Program-made: the position numbers and the translations under genes | Shown here: piece after piece, positions 15,970-22,985 of the stretch | How positions within the stretch are numbered: position 1 is the first letter of the stretch | How the letters are laid out: each line of letters starts with the position of its first letter | Notes under the pieces: model-generated | What the model saw: the letters and a program-made list of their open reading frames with translations, nothing else | The model's database searches: none | Told to the model about the DNA's origin: nothing | Virus record (IMG/VR): IMGVR_UViG_3300021368_000006 | Coordinates: 1 to 64,000 of that record | DNA: 64,000 nucleotides | DNA from: an uncultured virus (IMG/VR IMGVR_UViG_3300021368_000006) | Taxonomy: Duplodnaviria; Heunggongvirae; Uroviricota; Caudoviricetes | Reading direction: 5' to 3' (one strand)

Positions 15970-16350
15970 TGTAATTGTTGATACGATTCAACATGCATAC
16001 TGGACTTGGGGGCAGTACCCAACGCCTCCACCATAAACACATGAGGATATAATGAATTGGGATTGGCACTGGATTAGTTGGTTTAAAGGAACACCTTTTC
16101 AATGGGGCGAATTTAGATTTAACAGTGGGAATCCTTATAAAAGTTATAGATTTGGGCCATTACTTATTCGTGTGTTTATGATGGGGGCGAACTAGGATCG
16201 ACAGGTGTGTAGAGATGAGAGTAGATTACCGTGTTGACCTACGATATTCGGTCGAACAAAACTAAACGCAAACGATAACTTTGCACCTGAATTTGCTCTA
16301 GCAGCATAATCAGCGGGGTATGGGCTCCACCTTGTTACCAAACGGGCCCG
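15970..16350 (+). ncRNA. ssrA: Two-piece circularly permuted tmRNA (alphaproteobacterial type)
   Basis: Acceptor piece ends GGCAGTA T-loop...CGCCTCC-A-CCA at 16033; coding piece starts GGGGGCG at 16183 with G3-U70; tag frame 16268-16309 = ANDNFAPEFALAA*; outer ends approximate. Confidence 0.93.
16052..16195 (+). CDS. 47-aa Trp/Phe-rich peptide encoded in the tmRNA intervening segment
   Basis: GAGGA RBS then ATG; MNWDWHWISWFKGTPFQWGEFRFNSGNPYKSYRFGPLLIRVFMMGAN*. Confidence 0.55.
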   Translation: MNWDWHWISWFKGTPFQWGEFRFNSGNPYKSYRFGPLLIRVFMMGAN

Positions 16351-16375
16351 CAGTCATAGTAAAAGGATTTAATAA

Positions 16376-16723
16376 ATGACAAAGTTTTTAGTTGGAGCCG
16401 CTTCGGCGGTTTTTTTATGCACATCTGCAATGGCAGAAGGCATTAGAGGCCATGTAGATGGTGAAGTTGAATATAGTTTGGAAAATGAAAAATTTACATC
16501 TGAATTAGGATACACAATGGCACTTCCACAAGGATTGGTGCTGCGCCCATGGGCAGATTTTTCATATGACCGTAACTTAGCATCTGATACAATTAATTTT
16601 GACGGTGTTAATTTGGGAGTTTCATATGCAGTATCTCCTGCACTTTCTCTTTACAGTGATATTAGTGCAGATCATGACTTTGAATATGAAGATACATCAG
16701 TTGGTGTTCGCTTTACATTCTGA
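16376..16723 (+). CDS. Small outer-membrane beta-barrel-like protein
   Basis: Signal peptide (SAMA), alternating beta-strand pattern, C-terminal VGVRFTF BAM-type signal. Confidence 0.7.
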   Translation: MTKFLVGAASAVFLCTSAMAEGIRGHVDGEVEYSLENEKFTSELGYTMALPQGLVLRPWADFSYDRNLASDTINFDGVNLGVSYAVSPALSLYSDISADHDFEYEDTSVGVRFTF

Positions 16724-16799
16724 GTTTCATACTATATAATAAAGGTGGCAACTTCCTATAAAGTTGCTAATTACACACATCACACAGAAAAGGAGAAAT

Positions 16800-17051
16800 A
16801 TGATGAGTAATAAAAATCCATTTGAAATTAGATTAGAAGTTTTAAAAATGGCAAAAGATATGTCTGAACAAAGTTACCATATGGCAATGGATACATATTG
16901 GCAAACTTTGAATGCGACTGCAGAGACATGGAATAAAAGTGTTGAGGAATTGGTTCAACATACACAACACTTGAAACCAGAAATGCCCGCCCCTCAAGAC
17001 ATTATGAAAAAGGCTCAAGAGTTGTATACTTTTATTTCAACTAAAGAGTAA
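16800..17051 (+). CDS. Hypothetical protein of T4-like phages
   Basis: KNPFEIRLEVLKMAK...AQELYTF; AAGGAG RBS before ATG 16800. Confidence 0.75.
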   Translation: MMSNKNPFEIRLEVLKMAKDMSEQSYHMAMDTYWQTLNATAETWNKSVEELVQHTQHLKPEMPAPQDIMKKAQELYTFISTKE

Positions 17052-17056
17052 ATTTG

Positions 17057-17083
17057 ATGGGGGGTGCAATGCCCCCCATTTTT
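17057..17083 (+). terminator. Rho-independent terminator
   Basis: atggggggt-gcaat-gccccccat stem followed by T-run. Confidence 0.8.
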
Positions 17084-17226
17084 AAAAATGCGTGAAACGC
17101 AAGGTTGTAGACATTGTTAGTGATATATAATGATAGAGGTAATTAAACCTCTAAAACCTTAACCAATGGAATACTATTGTGAAAAATAAATTCACGCAAG
17201 AACTTATTATGGAGAAACAATAAATT

Positions 17227-17496
17227 ATGCCAAGATATGATTTTAAATGTACTGATTGTGAACATGAATATGAAATTTGGTGTCGTATTGCTGAAAGAGA
17301 AGAACATTTAAATGGCTCTTGTCCCAACTGTAACGTTACAGGAAAAATCCAACAATTTCTTACTGGTGCTCCTTCTATTGGAGATCCTATTCGTATGGGC
17401 AGACAAAAGGTTCCACAATCATTTAAGGAGAATGTATTAGATAAAGTGGCAAAGGTGCCTGGAGCAGCTAAAACAGAGTCTAAATTTAATATGTAA
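17227..17496 (+). CDS. FmdB-family zinc-ribbon protein
   Basis: MPRYDFKCTDC...CPNC. Confidence 0.85.
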   Translation: MPRYDFKCTDCEHEYEIWCRIAEREEHLNGSCPNCNVTGKIQQFLTGAPSIGDPIRMGRQKVPQSFKENVLDKVAKVPGAAKTESKFNM

Positions 17497-17536
17497 TTTT
17501 TCGCCGTAGATTCCAGCTTTCAGAGGAGTCTCATTA

Positions 17537-18253
17537 GTGAGTAGAAAAGCTAGAAAGACAAAATCAAACAATAATAGTAGATTAATAGGGATTGACGCAC
17601 GAACACAACTAAAAAAAATTACACCAATAACACCGGCACAAGAAGAAGTATTCGATGCCTTTTATGAAGATCATTTGTTTCTTCATGGAGTTGCAGGGAC
17701 AGGAAAAACATATATTTCTCTATACCTTGCACTAGATGAATTAATGAACAAATCTTCTAGTTATAGAGATATACAAATTATCAGAAGTGTTGTTCCGACA
17801 AGGGATATGGGTTTTCTGCCCGGCTCGGAAAAACAAAAACTTCAATCATACGAAACCCCATATAGAACCATAATAAACGAATTATTCGAATGCGGTAGTG
17901 CATACGAAAGTTTACGAAAAACTTCCCTCATAAATTTTAATTCAACATCTTACATAAGAGGTATGACCTTTTATGATAGTATTATTATTGTGGATGAATG
18001 CCAGAACATGAATTTTCATGAACTGGATTCTGTCATAACTAGAATAGGAGACAACTGTAAAATAATTTTCTGTGGAGACTTTAGACAGTCAGACTTTAAA
18101 TGGAAAGATGAAAAAGATGGAATACTTGACTTTATGAAAATCATAAAAAGTATGGATCGTTTTTCTTTCATTGAGTTTATGCAACAAGATATTGTCAGAA
18201 GTCCTTTGGTAAAATCCTACATAATTAATAAATTAGAATTGGGTTTTGCCTAA
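17537..18253 (+). CDS. phoH: PhoH-like ATPase
   Basis: GVAGTGKT Walker A, GFLPG, RGMTF, IVDECQN, GDFRQSD, DIVRS. Confidence 0.95.
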   Translation: MSRKARKTKSNNNSRLIGIDARTQLKKITPITPAQEEVFDAFYEDHLFLHGVAGTGKTYISLYLALDELMNKSSSYRDIQIIRSVVPTRDMGFLPGSEKQKLQSYETPYRTIINELFECGSAYESLRKTSLINFNSTSYIRGMTFYDSIIIVDECQNMNFHELDSVITRIGDNCKIIFCGDFRQSDFKWKDEKDGILDFMKIIKSMDRFSFIEFMQQDIVRSPLVKSYIINKLELGFA

Positions 18254-18265
18254 AGGAGGCTCAAA

Positions 18266-18613
18266 ATGAAAAACATAATCGAAGCAAAAGATATTTTTTC
18301 TGCTAAAACAAAATCTAAAAGTAATAACTTGGAAGATATAAAGTCGTTTATTAACTTAGGTGGTATGGATGAAGATTATGATGTGTCTATTGGAATGACA
18401 AATGAACTCCTTGATGAATTTGTTTATATTATGTCAGACGAGTATGGATTTGATTTAAGTAATAAAGTTCTTGTCGATGATTTAAGTTTCCTTGGGATTA
18501 TACTGCAGGCCATAATGGATAGACATTATGGTATTGAAAATGCAATGATACAGAATATTGATGAGGCGATAGAAGAACTTAAGTCGAGACACGAAAAGGA
18601 AGAAATTTCATAA
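18266..18613 (+). CDS. Acidic hypothetical protein
   Basis: AAGGAGG RBS. Confidence 0.65.
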   Translation: MKNIIEAKDIFSAKTKSKSNNLEDIKSFINLGGMDEDYDVSIGMTNELLDEFVYIMSDEYGFDLSNKVLVDDLSFLGIILQAIMDRHYGIENAMIQNIDEAIEELKSRHEKEEIS

Positions 18614-18619
18614 AACTGC

Positions 18620-18648
18620 TTGACATATCGAAGGATATTTGATATACT
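18620..18648 (+). promoter_or_regulatory. sigma70-type promoter
   Basis: TTGACA-N17-TATACT. Confidence 0.7.
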
Positions 18649-18669
18649 TTAATAAATTTGGAGTAATTT

Positions 18670-19338
18670 ATGTTTAATCATGTTGAATTGGATCTGCCTG
18701 AAATTTCACTTAGAAGTGAAACCCTTAAGTCTGGTACTAGATATTACTATGATGAAAATGGCAACAAATATCCTTCGATAACAACTGTCATATCACATTT
18801 TTCTAAGAAGTCCATTATGGAATGGAGAAAGCGTGTAGGCGAAAAGGAAGCTAATAGAATTACCACCCAAGCTGCGAGAAGAGGAACTTCTGTTCATCAG
18901 TTGTGCGAAGATTATATAAATAACATAGAAATAGATTATAGTAAACTCATGCCGAATGATACAGAGATGTTTCTTACATTGAAAGAAACTCTTGATACTA
19001 GATTAGATGATGTGTATGTTCAAGAGTGGCCAATGTATTCTGAACATCTAGGAATTGCAGGAAAATGTGATTGTATTGCATATTTTGATGGTAAACTTTC
19101 TATTATTGATTTTAAAACATCAAGAAAGTCAATGCATCCAAATAAACTGGAAAACTACTTCAGACAAGCATCTGGTTATGCTGTTATGTTTGAAGAGAGG
19201 ACAAAAATTCCTATAAATAATCTAGTAATCATTGCGGCCATTGATGACCAAAAAGATGCGGAAGTTTATACTTCTAAACGTGATAGTCATATCAATGGAT
19301 TGATAGAAATGATAACAGAATATAAAGCACAATTGTAG
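18670..19338 (+). CDS. PD-(D/E)XK exonuclease of T4-like phages
   Basis: YPSITTV, WRKRVGE.EA, RGT.VH, AGKCDC, IIDFKTS, YFRQ. Confidence 0.88.
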   Translation: MFNHVELDLPEISLRSETLKSGTRYYYDENGNKYPSITTVISHFSKKSIMEWRKRVGEKEANRITTQAARRGTSVHQLCEDYINNIEIDYSKLMPNDTEMFLTLKETLDTRLDDVYVQEWPMYSEHLGIAGKCDCIAYFDGKLSIIDFKTSRKSMHPNKLENYFRQASGYAVMFEERTKIPINNLVIIAAIDDQKDAEVYTSKRDSHINGLIEMITEYKAQL

Positions 19339-19350
19339 GAAATAAAAAAC

Positions 19351-20142
19351 ATGGTTCAATATCTAAAAAGTAGTGCAAGAAGATATGTAGGAGTCCCAGA
19401 CTATTTGGGAGTGATGTATGATTACAACACAAGAACAAGAGCGGGACATTTGTTTGTCGGTGGTTTTAAAAGAAAGCCTGGCATTCGATCTAGTGATATT
19501 GTACTATTTGATGGAAACATTCTTTTGCCTGCTACTAACAATTACAGAGAAAAAATCTTTCGAGTAAACCCCGCTACTACTATTAAATTTGAATATGAAA
19601 AAACAAATACTTTAGATCGAGTTCAATGTGGTATCATTCCACTTGATGAACCAGAGATTGGTGAAAGTATTAGCACCGCAAACAATTCTACCCACATTTA
19701 TCAAAACAATACAGCACAAGAACAATCTATAAAAATATATTGTAATTATAAAGCATCAGTAGATTCTAAGTTGAGATTCAGAATTACAGAAGTAATCTCT
19801 GATAATACTCCTGTTCGTAGTACGGAACTTTATACTAAAGGAGATTTATGTCCAGGCGCTCCACTTGGATGGCAAAGAATTTTAAGATGGGATATAGATA
19901 AGATTCCAACCGTAGGATTTTCTTTGTCTGTGGGCAAGGAACTTGGCGAGAATGAGTTTATTTTTAGAGATTTTATAAATTCGCAGAATAGTTATTTTAA
20001 AGTTCTGCCCAATTATTTTTCAAAGCAGGGGTCTAAGGTAGACTGCAGGGCAGATATCACCTTCGAAACAGAAGATGTAAGTGCTATGAATTTAGACCCA
20101 GTGGCACAAGTTGAAATCACAAGCATTATAGGGAGAATGTAA
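19351..20142 (+). CDS. Hypothetical beta-rich protein
   Basis: 263-aa ORF with AGGA RBS; no motif recognised. Confidence 0.7.
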   Translation: MVQYLKSSARRYVGVPDYLGVMYDYNTRTRAGHLFVGGFKRKPGIRSSDIVLFDGNILLPATNNYREKIFRVNPATTIKFEYEKTNTLDRVQCGIIPLDEPEIGESISTANNSTHIYQNNTAQEQSIKIYCNYKASVDSKLRFRITEVISDNTPVRSTELYTKGDLCPGAPLGWQRILRWDIDKIPTVGFSLSVGKELGENEFIFRDFINSQNSYFKVLPNYFSKQGSKVDCRADITFETEDVSAMNLDPVAQVEITSIIGRM

Positions 20143-20143
20143 T

Positions 20144-20305
20144 ATGGTAAATTGGATCAAAGCCAGATTGGCAGAAAGAACATCATGGGATGGCGGCGCA
20201 CTTATTGCGATGGGTGTTGTTGCACTTCTCTTTGATGGTTTAATTACATGGGCTGCATATGCAGCGATTGTTTATGGTCTTTGGACTATCTGGAAATCAG
20301 AATAA
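20144..20305 (+). CDS. Small two-TM membrane protein (53 aa)
   Basis: Read by eye: MVNWIKARLAERTSWDGGALIAMG...WTIWKSE; GGAG RBS. Confidence 0.7.
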   Translation: MVNWIKARLAERTSWDGGALIAMGVVALLFDGLITWAAYAAIVYGLWTIWKSE

Positions 20306-20309
20306 TCTA

Positions 20310-20338
20310 TTGACAAAACGTGTGTTATAGCGTATTAT
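20310..20338 (+). promoter_or_regulatory. sigma70-type promoter overlapped by inverted repeat
   Basis: TTGACA-N17-TATTAT; hairpin 20321-20351. Confidence 0.65.
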
Positions 20339-20373
20339 ACGCTGTAACACATATCTAAGGAGAATTTATTATA

Positions 20374-20598
20374 ATGTTGAAACTTAAGAGTTCGAAAGAA
20401 TTTAGTGATGAGATAGAAAAACAGGTTTCTAAATTAAACAGTTCGTATATCGACACAATCACATACTACTGTGAAAAGAATAATTTAGAAATAGAAAATG
20501 TAGTTTCTCTGTTGAGTCCTTTCATTAAAGAAAAAATTAAATACGAGGCAGAAGGACTGAACATGGTTCAGAAGTCTACAGAAAAATTGCCTCTATGA
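20374..20598 (+). CDS. gp33: Late-promoter transcription coactivator
   Basis: FS.EIE...SYID....YCE.N.LE.E...L...KEKI..EA..LN; synteny with gp59 and gp32. Confidence 0.85.
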   Translation: MLKLKSSKEFSDEIEKQVSKLNSSYIDTITYYCEKNNLEIENVVSLLSPFIKEKIKYEAEGLNMVQKSTEKLPL

Positions 20599-21290
20599 TT
20601 ACCATGTCTGGAAAAAAGATAGATGACTTTGAAGCGTTTAAAATTTATCTTGCAATGAAAAGTCATTTTAATAGTGAGTATGATTTTATAAAGTATAAGG
20701 GGAAGGTTTCCCCAAAGAAAGAAACTTATTATAACAGGAGAGACAGAAGAACTTTTGAAGAACTTTCCAGAAGATTTGATAAAAAGAGTTTGGAAGAGTT
20801 TTTACTTGCCTTGTTCTTGAATGTAACAGAAAATGGTAATCTTGCAATTTCTCGCAATGAGTTTATGTGGACAGGAAATCTTTTAGATAAAGAATCCTAT
20901 GATACATATAAAAATTGGAAGAAAAGAATTCAAAGTATAAAGTATACTTTTACTAATGATTGTCATGTGTTGTTTACAAGGGCGTCTGAAGAAAATATGG
21001 AATTCAATTCTATATTTAAATCTATTGACAATGACTACCCATTTATTGTATTCTTAGAAAAACGTGGAGAACTTTCATTAGAAACGTTAATTATCTTTGA
21101 AAAGATTTTTGCTTTCATAGATAAGGTCAAAATAAATGATACAACTTATTGGCCTATATATACTAAGAAAGTAAAAGACTATATGTCTTTCTTGGACATA
21201 GATGTTAATTATTATGTTAATGTTCTTAGGGACATATTGATTGATGATTATTATGAAGATTATGGTCAATTAATTAAAAAAACTAGTTGA
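20595..21290 (+). CDS. gp59: Helicase loader
   Basis: AFKIYLAMKSHF..EYDFIKYKGK; synteny. Confidence 0.88.
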   Translation: MITMSGKKIDDFEAFKIYLAMKSHFNSEYDFIKYKGKVSPKKETYYNRRDRRTFEELSRRFDKKSLEEFLLALFLNVTENGNLAISRNEFMWTGNLLDKESYDTYKNWKKRIQSIKYTFTNDCHVLFTRASEENMEFNSIFKSIDNDYPFIVFLEKRGELSLETLIIFEKIFAFIDKVKINDTTYWPIYTKKVKDYMSFLDIDVNYYVNVLRDILIDDYYEDYGQLIKKTS

Positions 21291-21315
21291 CAGCTCTTGG
21301 ATAATATAGTATATT
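21287..21315 (+). promoter_or_regulatory. sigma70-type promoter for gp32
   Basis: TTGACA-N17-TATATT. Confidence 0.65.
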
Positions 21316-21358
21316 AGTAAAAATACAAAACGCATATAACGTATAAAGGAGAAAATTT

Positions 21359-22267
21359 ATGTCTTTTGCAAACCTTAAAAAAGGTCGCTCTAACTTTGCC
21401 CGTCTTGCGGAAGAGTTGGAAAAAACCCAATCCCCACAACAAACCACATCAAATATCGATGATCGATTTTGGAAACCAACTATTGGTAAGGATGGTAACA
21501 GTTATGCTGTAATTCGTTTCCTTCCCCCTGCAGATGGTGAAGATATTCCTTGGGTTCGTGTGTTTAATCATGGATTTAAAGGCCCAGGCGGTTGGTTGAT
21601 TGATAACTGCCTTACTACAATCAACAAACAGTGTCCTGTTTGTGAGTCTAACACTGAACTATGGAATACTGGTTCACAAGACAATCAAAACCTTGCTCGT
21701 GATCGTAAACGTAAACTCAAGTTTCTTTCGAACATTTATGTTGTAAAAGATCCTGCAAACCCAGATAATGAAGGAAAAGTTTTTCTTTACTCATACGGTA
21801 AGAAAATCTTTGACAAGTTGAACGAGGCAATGAATCCTCATTTTGAAGATGAAGCTCGTTACAACCCATTTGATTTTTGGGACGGTGCAAACTTTAAACT
21901 GAAGTATCGTACTGTTGATGGTTATGGTAACTATGATAAGTCTGAATTCGACTCTCAAGCACCACTTGCAGATGATGATTCAGAATTGGAAACAATCTAT
22001 AACCAACTATATTCATTGCAAGAGTTTGTAAGTGAAGAGAAGTTCAAGTCTTATGAACAACTCAAGGAACGCCTTGACCGTGTTCTTGGACTTCAACAGT
22101 CTGCAGTTTCAGTAGAAACAGATTTTGTTTCTGATGATTCTTCATACTATACTGAACCTACTCAGACTAAATCTGCGCCTGCGCCAGAACCAAAGTCTGT
22201 ATCTTATGATGAAGATGAAGAAGACGATTCAATCTCATACTTTGAACGTCTTGCAGATGAAAGTTAG
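21359..22267 (+). CDS. gp32: Single-stranded DNA-binding protein
   Basis: DDRFWKP..KDGN.YAVIRFLP, NC.TT...CPVCE, YGKKIFDK, GANFKLK, acidic tail. Confidence 0.96.
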   Translation: MSFANLKKGRSNFARLAEELEKTQSPQQTTSNIDDRFWKPTIGKDGNSYAVIRFLPPADGEDIPWVRVFNHGFKGPGGWLIDNCLTTINKQCPVCESNTELWNTGSQDNQNLARDRKRKLKFLSNIYVVKDPANPDNEGKVFLYSYGKKIFDKLNEAMNPHFEDEARYNPFDFWDGANFKLKYRTVDGYGNYDKSEFDSQAPLADDDSELETIYNQLYSLQEFVSEEKFKSYEQLKERLDRVLGLQQSAVSVETDFVSDDSSYYTEPTQTKSAPAPEPKSVSYDEDEEDDSISYFERLADES

Positions 22268-22385
22268 ACAGTTGGTGGCACTGAAGTGTTAGTGTAAGAC
22301 ACGACACAGAGTCCATACAGGTAATAGAGGGTATACAACACACTCGACCGCCATCTATTATCGCATACAAAGAACTGAGTGTGGG

Positions 22386-22417
22386 AAAGGGCAGGGAGAA
22401 ATCCTTGCCCTTTTTTT
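22386..22417 (+). terminator. Rho-independent terminator
   Basis: aaagggcaggga-gaaa-tccttgccc followed by T7. Confidence 0.85.
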
Positions 22418-22543
22418 GTCTTAGATATGTTTAGATTGCATAACGAACTTGCAATAATTACATGACAATTTTCTGCACTTGCGAAATAAATATTTTTGTC
22501 AGAATCGCTGACATTTCACACATATCATACACAGGAGAATAGA

Positions 22544-22645
22544 ATGAGTGTCGAAGAAATTATTAAAAGTTTGAGTGTTCTTACTGTATCACTTACTATT
22601 GTGGCTGCAGTTATGTTTATGTCTATTTTACCGTATGTTAATTAA
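22544..22645 (+). CDS. Small single-TM peptide (33 aa)
   Basis: AGGAG RBS; MSVEEIIKSLSVLTVSLTIVAAVMFMSILPYVN. Confidence 0.55.
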   Translation: MSVEEIIKSLSVLTVSLTIVAAVMFMSILPYVN

Positions 22646-22656
22646 CGGAGAATTAG

Positions 22657-22872
22657 ATGACACAATTAGTATTAACAGCATCAGAATGGTTAAACATTTC
22701 TTCATTTTTAGATCTAATTGATGATTTAAAAAGAAGAATGAAATTGAGAAAACTTCAAAAAGAAACTATAAAAGAATTAAATTCACTATCCGATAGAGAT
22801 TTACATGATATTGGTATTGCTAGATCACAGATAAAATCTATTGCAATGGAATTGGATTTAAAAGATGTTTAA
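22657..22872 (+). CDS. DUF1127 (YjiS-like) small protein
   Basis: TIKELNSLSDRDLHDIGIARSQI signature. Confidence 0.85.
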   Translation: MTQLVLTASEWLNISSFLDLIDDLKRRMKLRKLQKETIKELNSLSDRDLHDIGIARSQIKSIAMELDLKDV

Positions 22873-22978
22873 AAGAATTTTAGAAACTTTTGAACGTATT
22901 GGAAGAGCAAGAGCCGCACATGTTCTTGCACAACAGGGTTTATACGAAGAAGCAAAAAGAGTTATGTGTGGGAACTGA
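22865..22978 (+). CDS. Small protein (37 aa)
   Basis: Read by eye: MFKRILETFERIGRARAAHVLAQQGLYEEAKRVMCGN; overlaps DUF1127 stop. Confidence 0.6.
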   Translation: MFKRILETFERIGRARAAHVLAQQGLYEEAKRVMCGN

Positions 22979-22985
22979 AAGGTTC

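Noticed and set aside
15905..16102. Minus-strand 65-aa ORF
   Set aside because: Antisense to the tmRNA acceptor piece and its promoter
18670..19338. Cas4-like nuclease suggesting a CRISPR system
   Set aside because: No repeat-spacer array or other cas genes seen; this is the usual T4-like exonuclease near phoH
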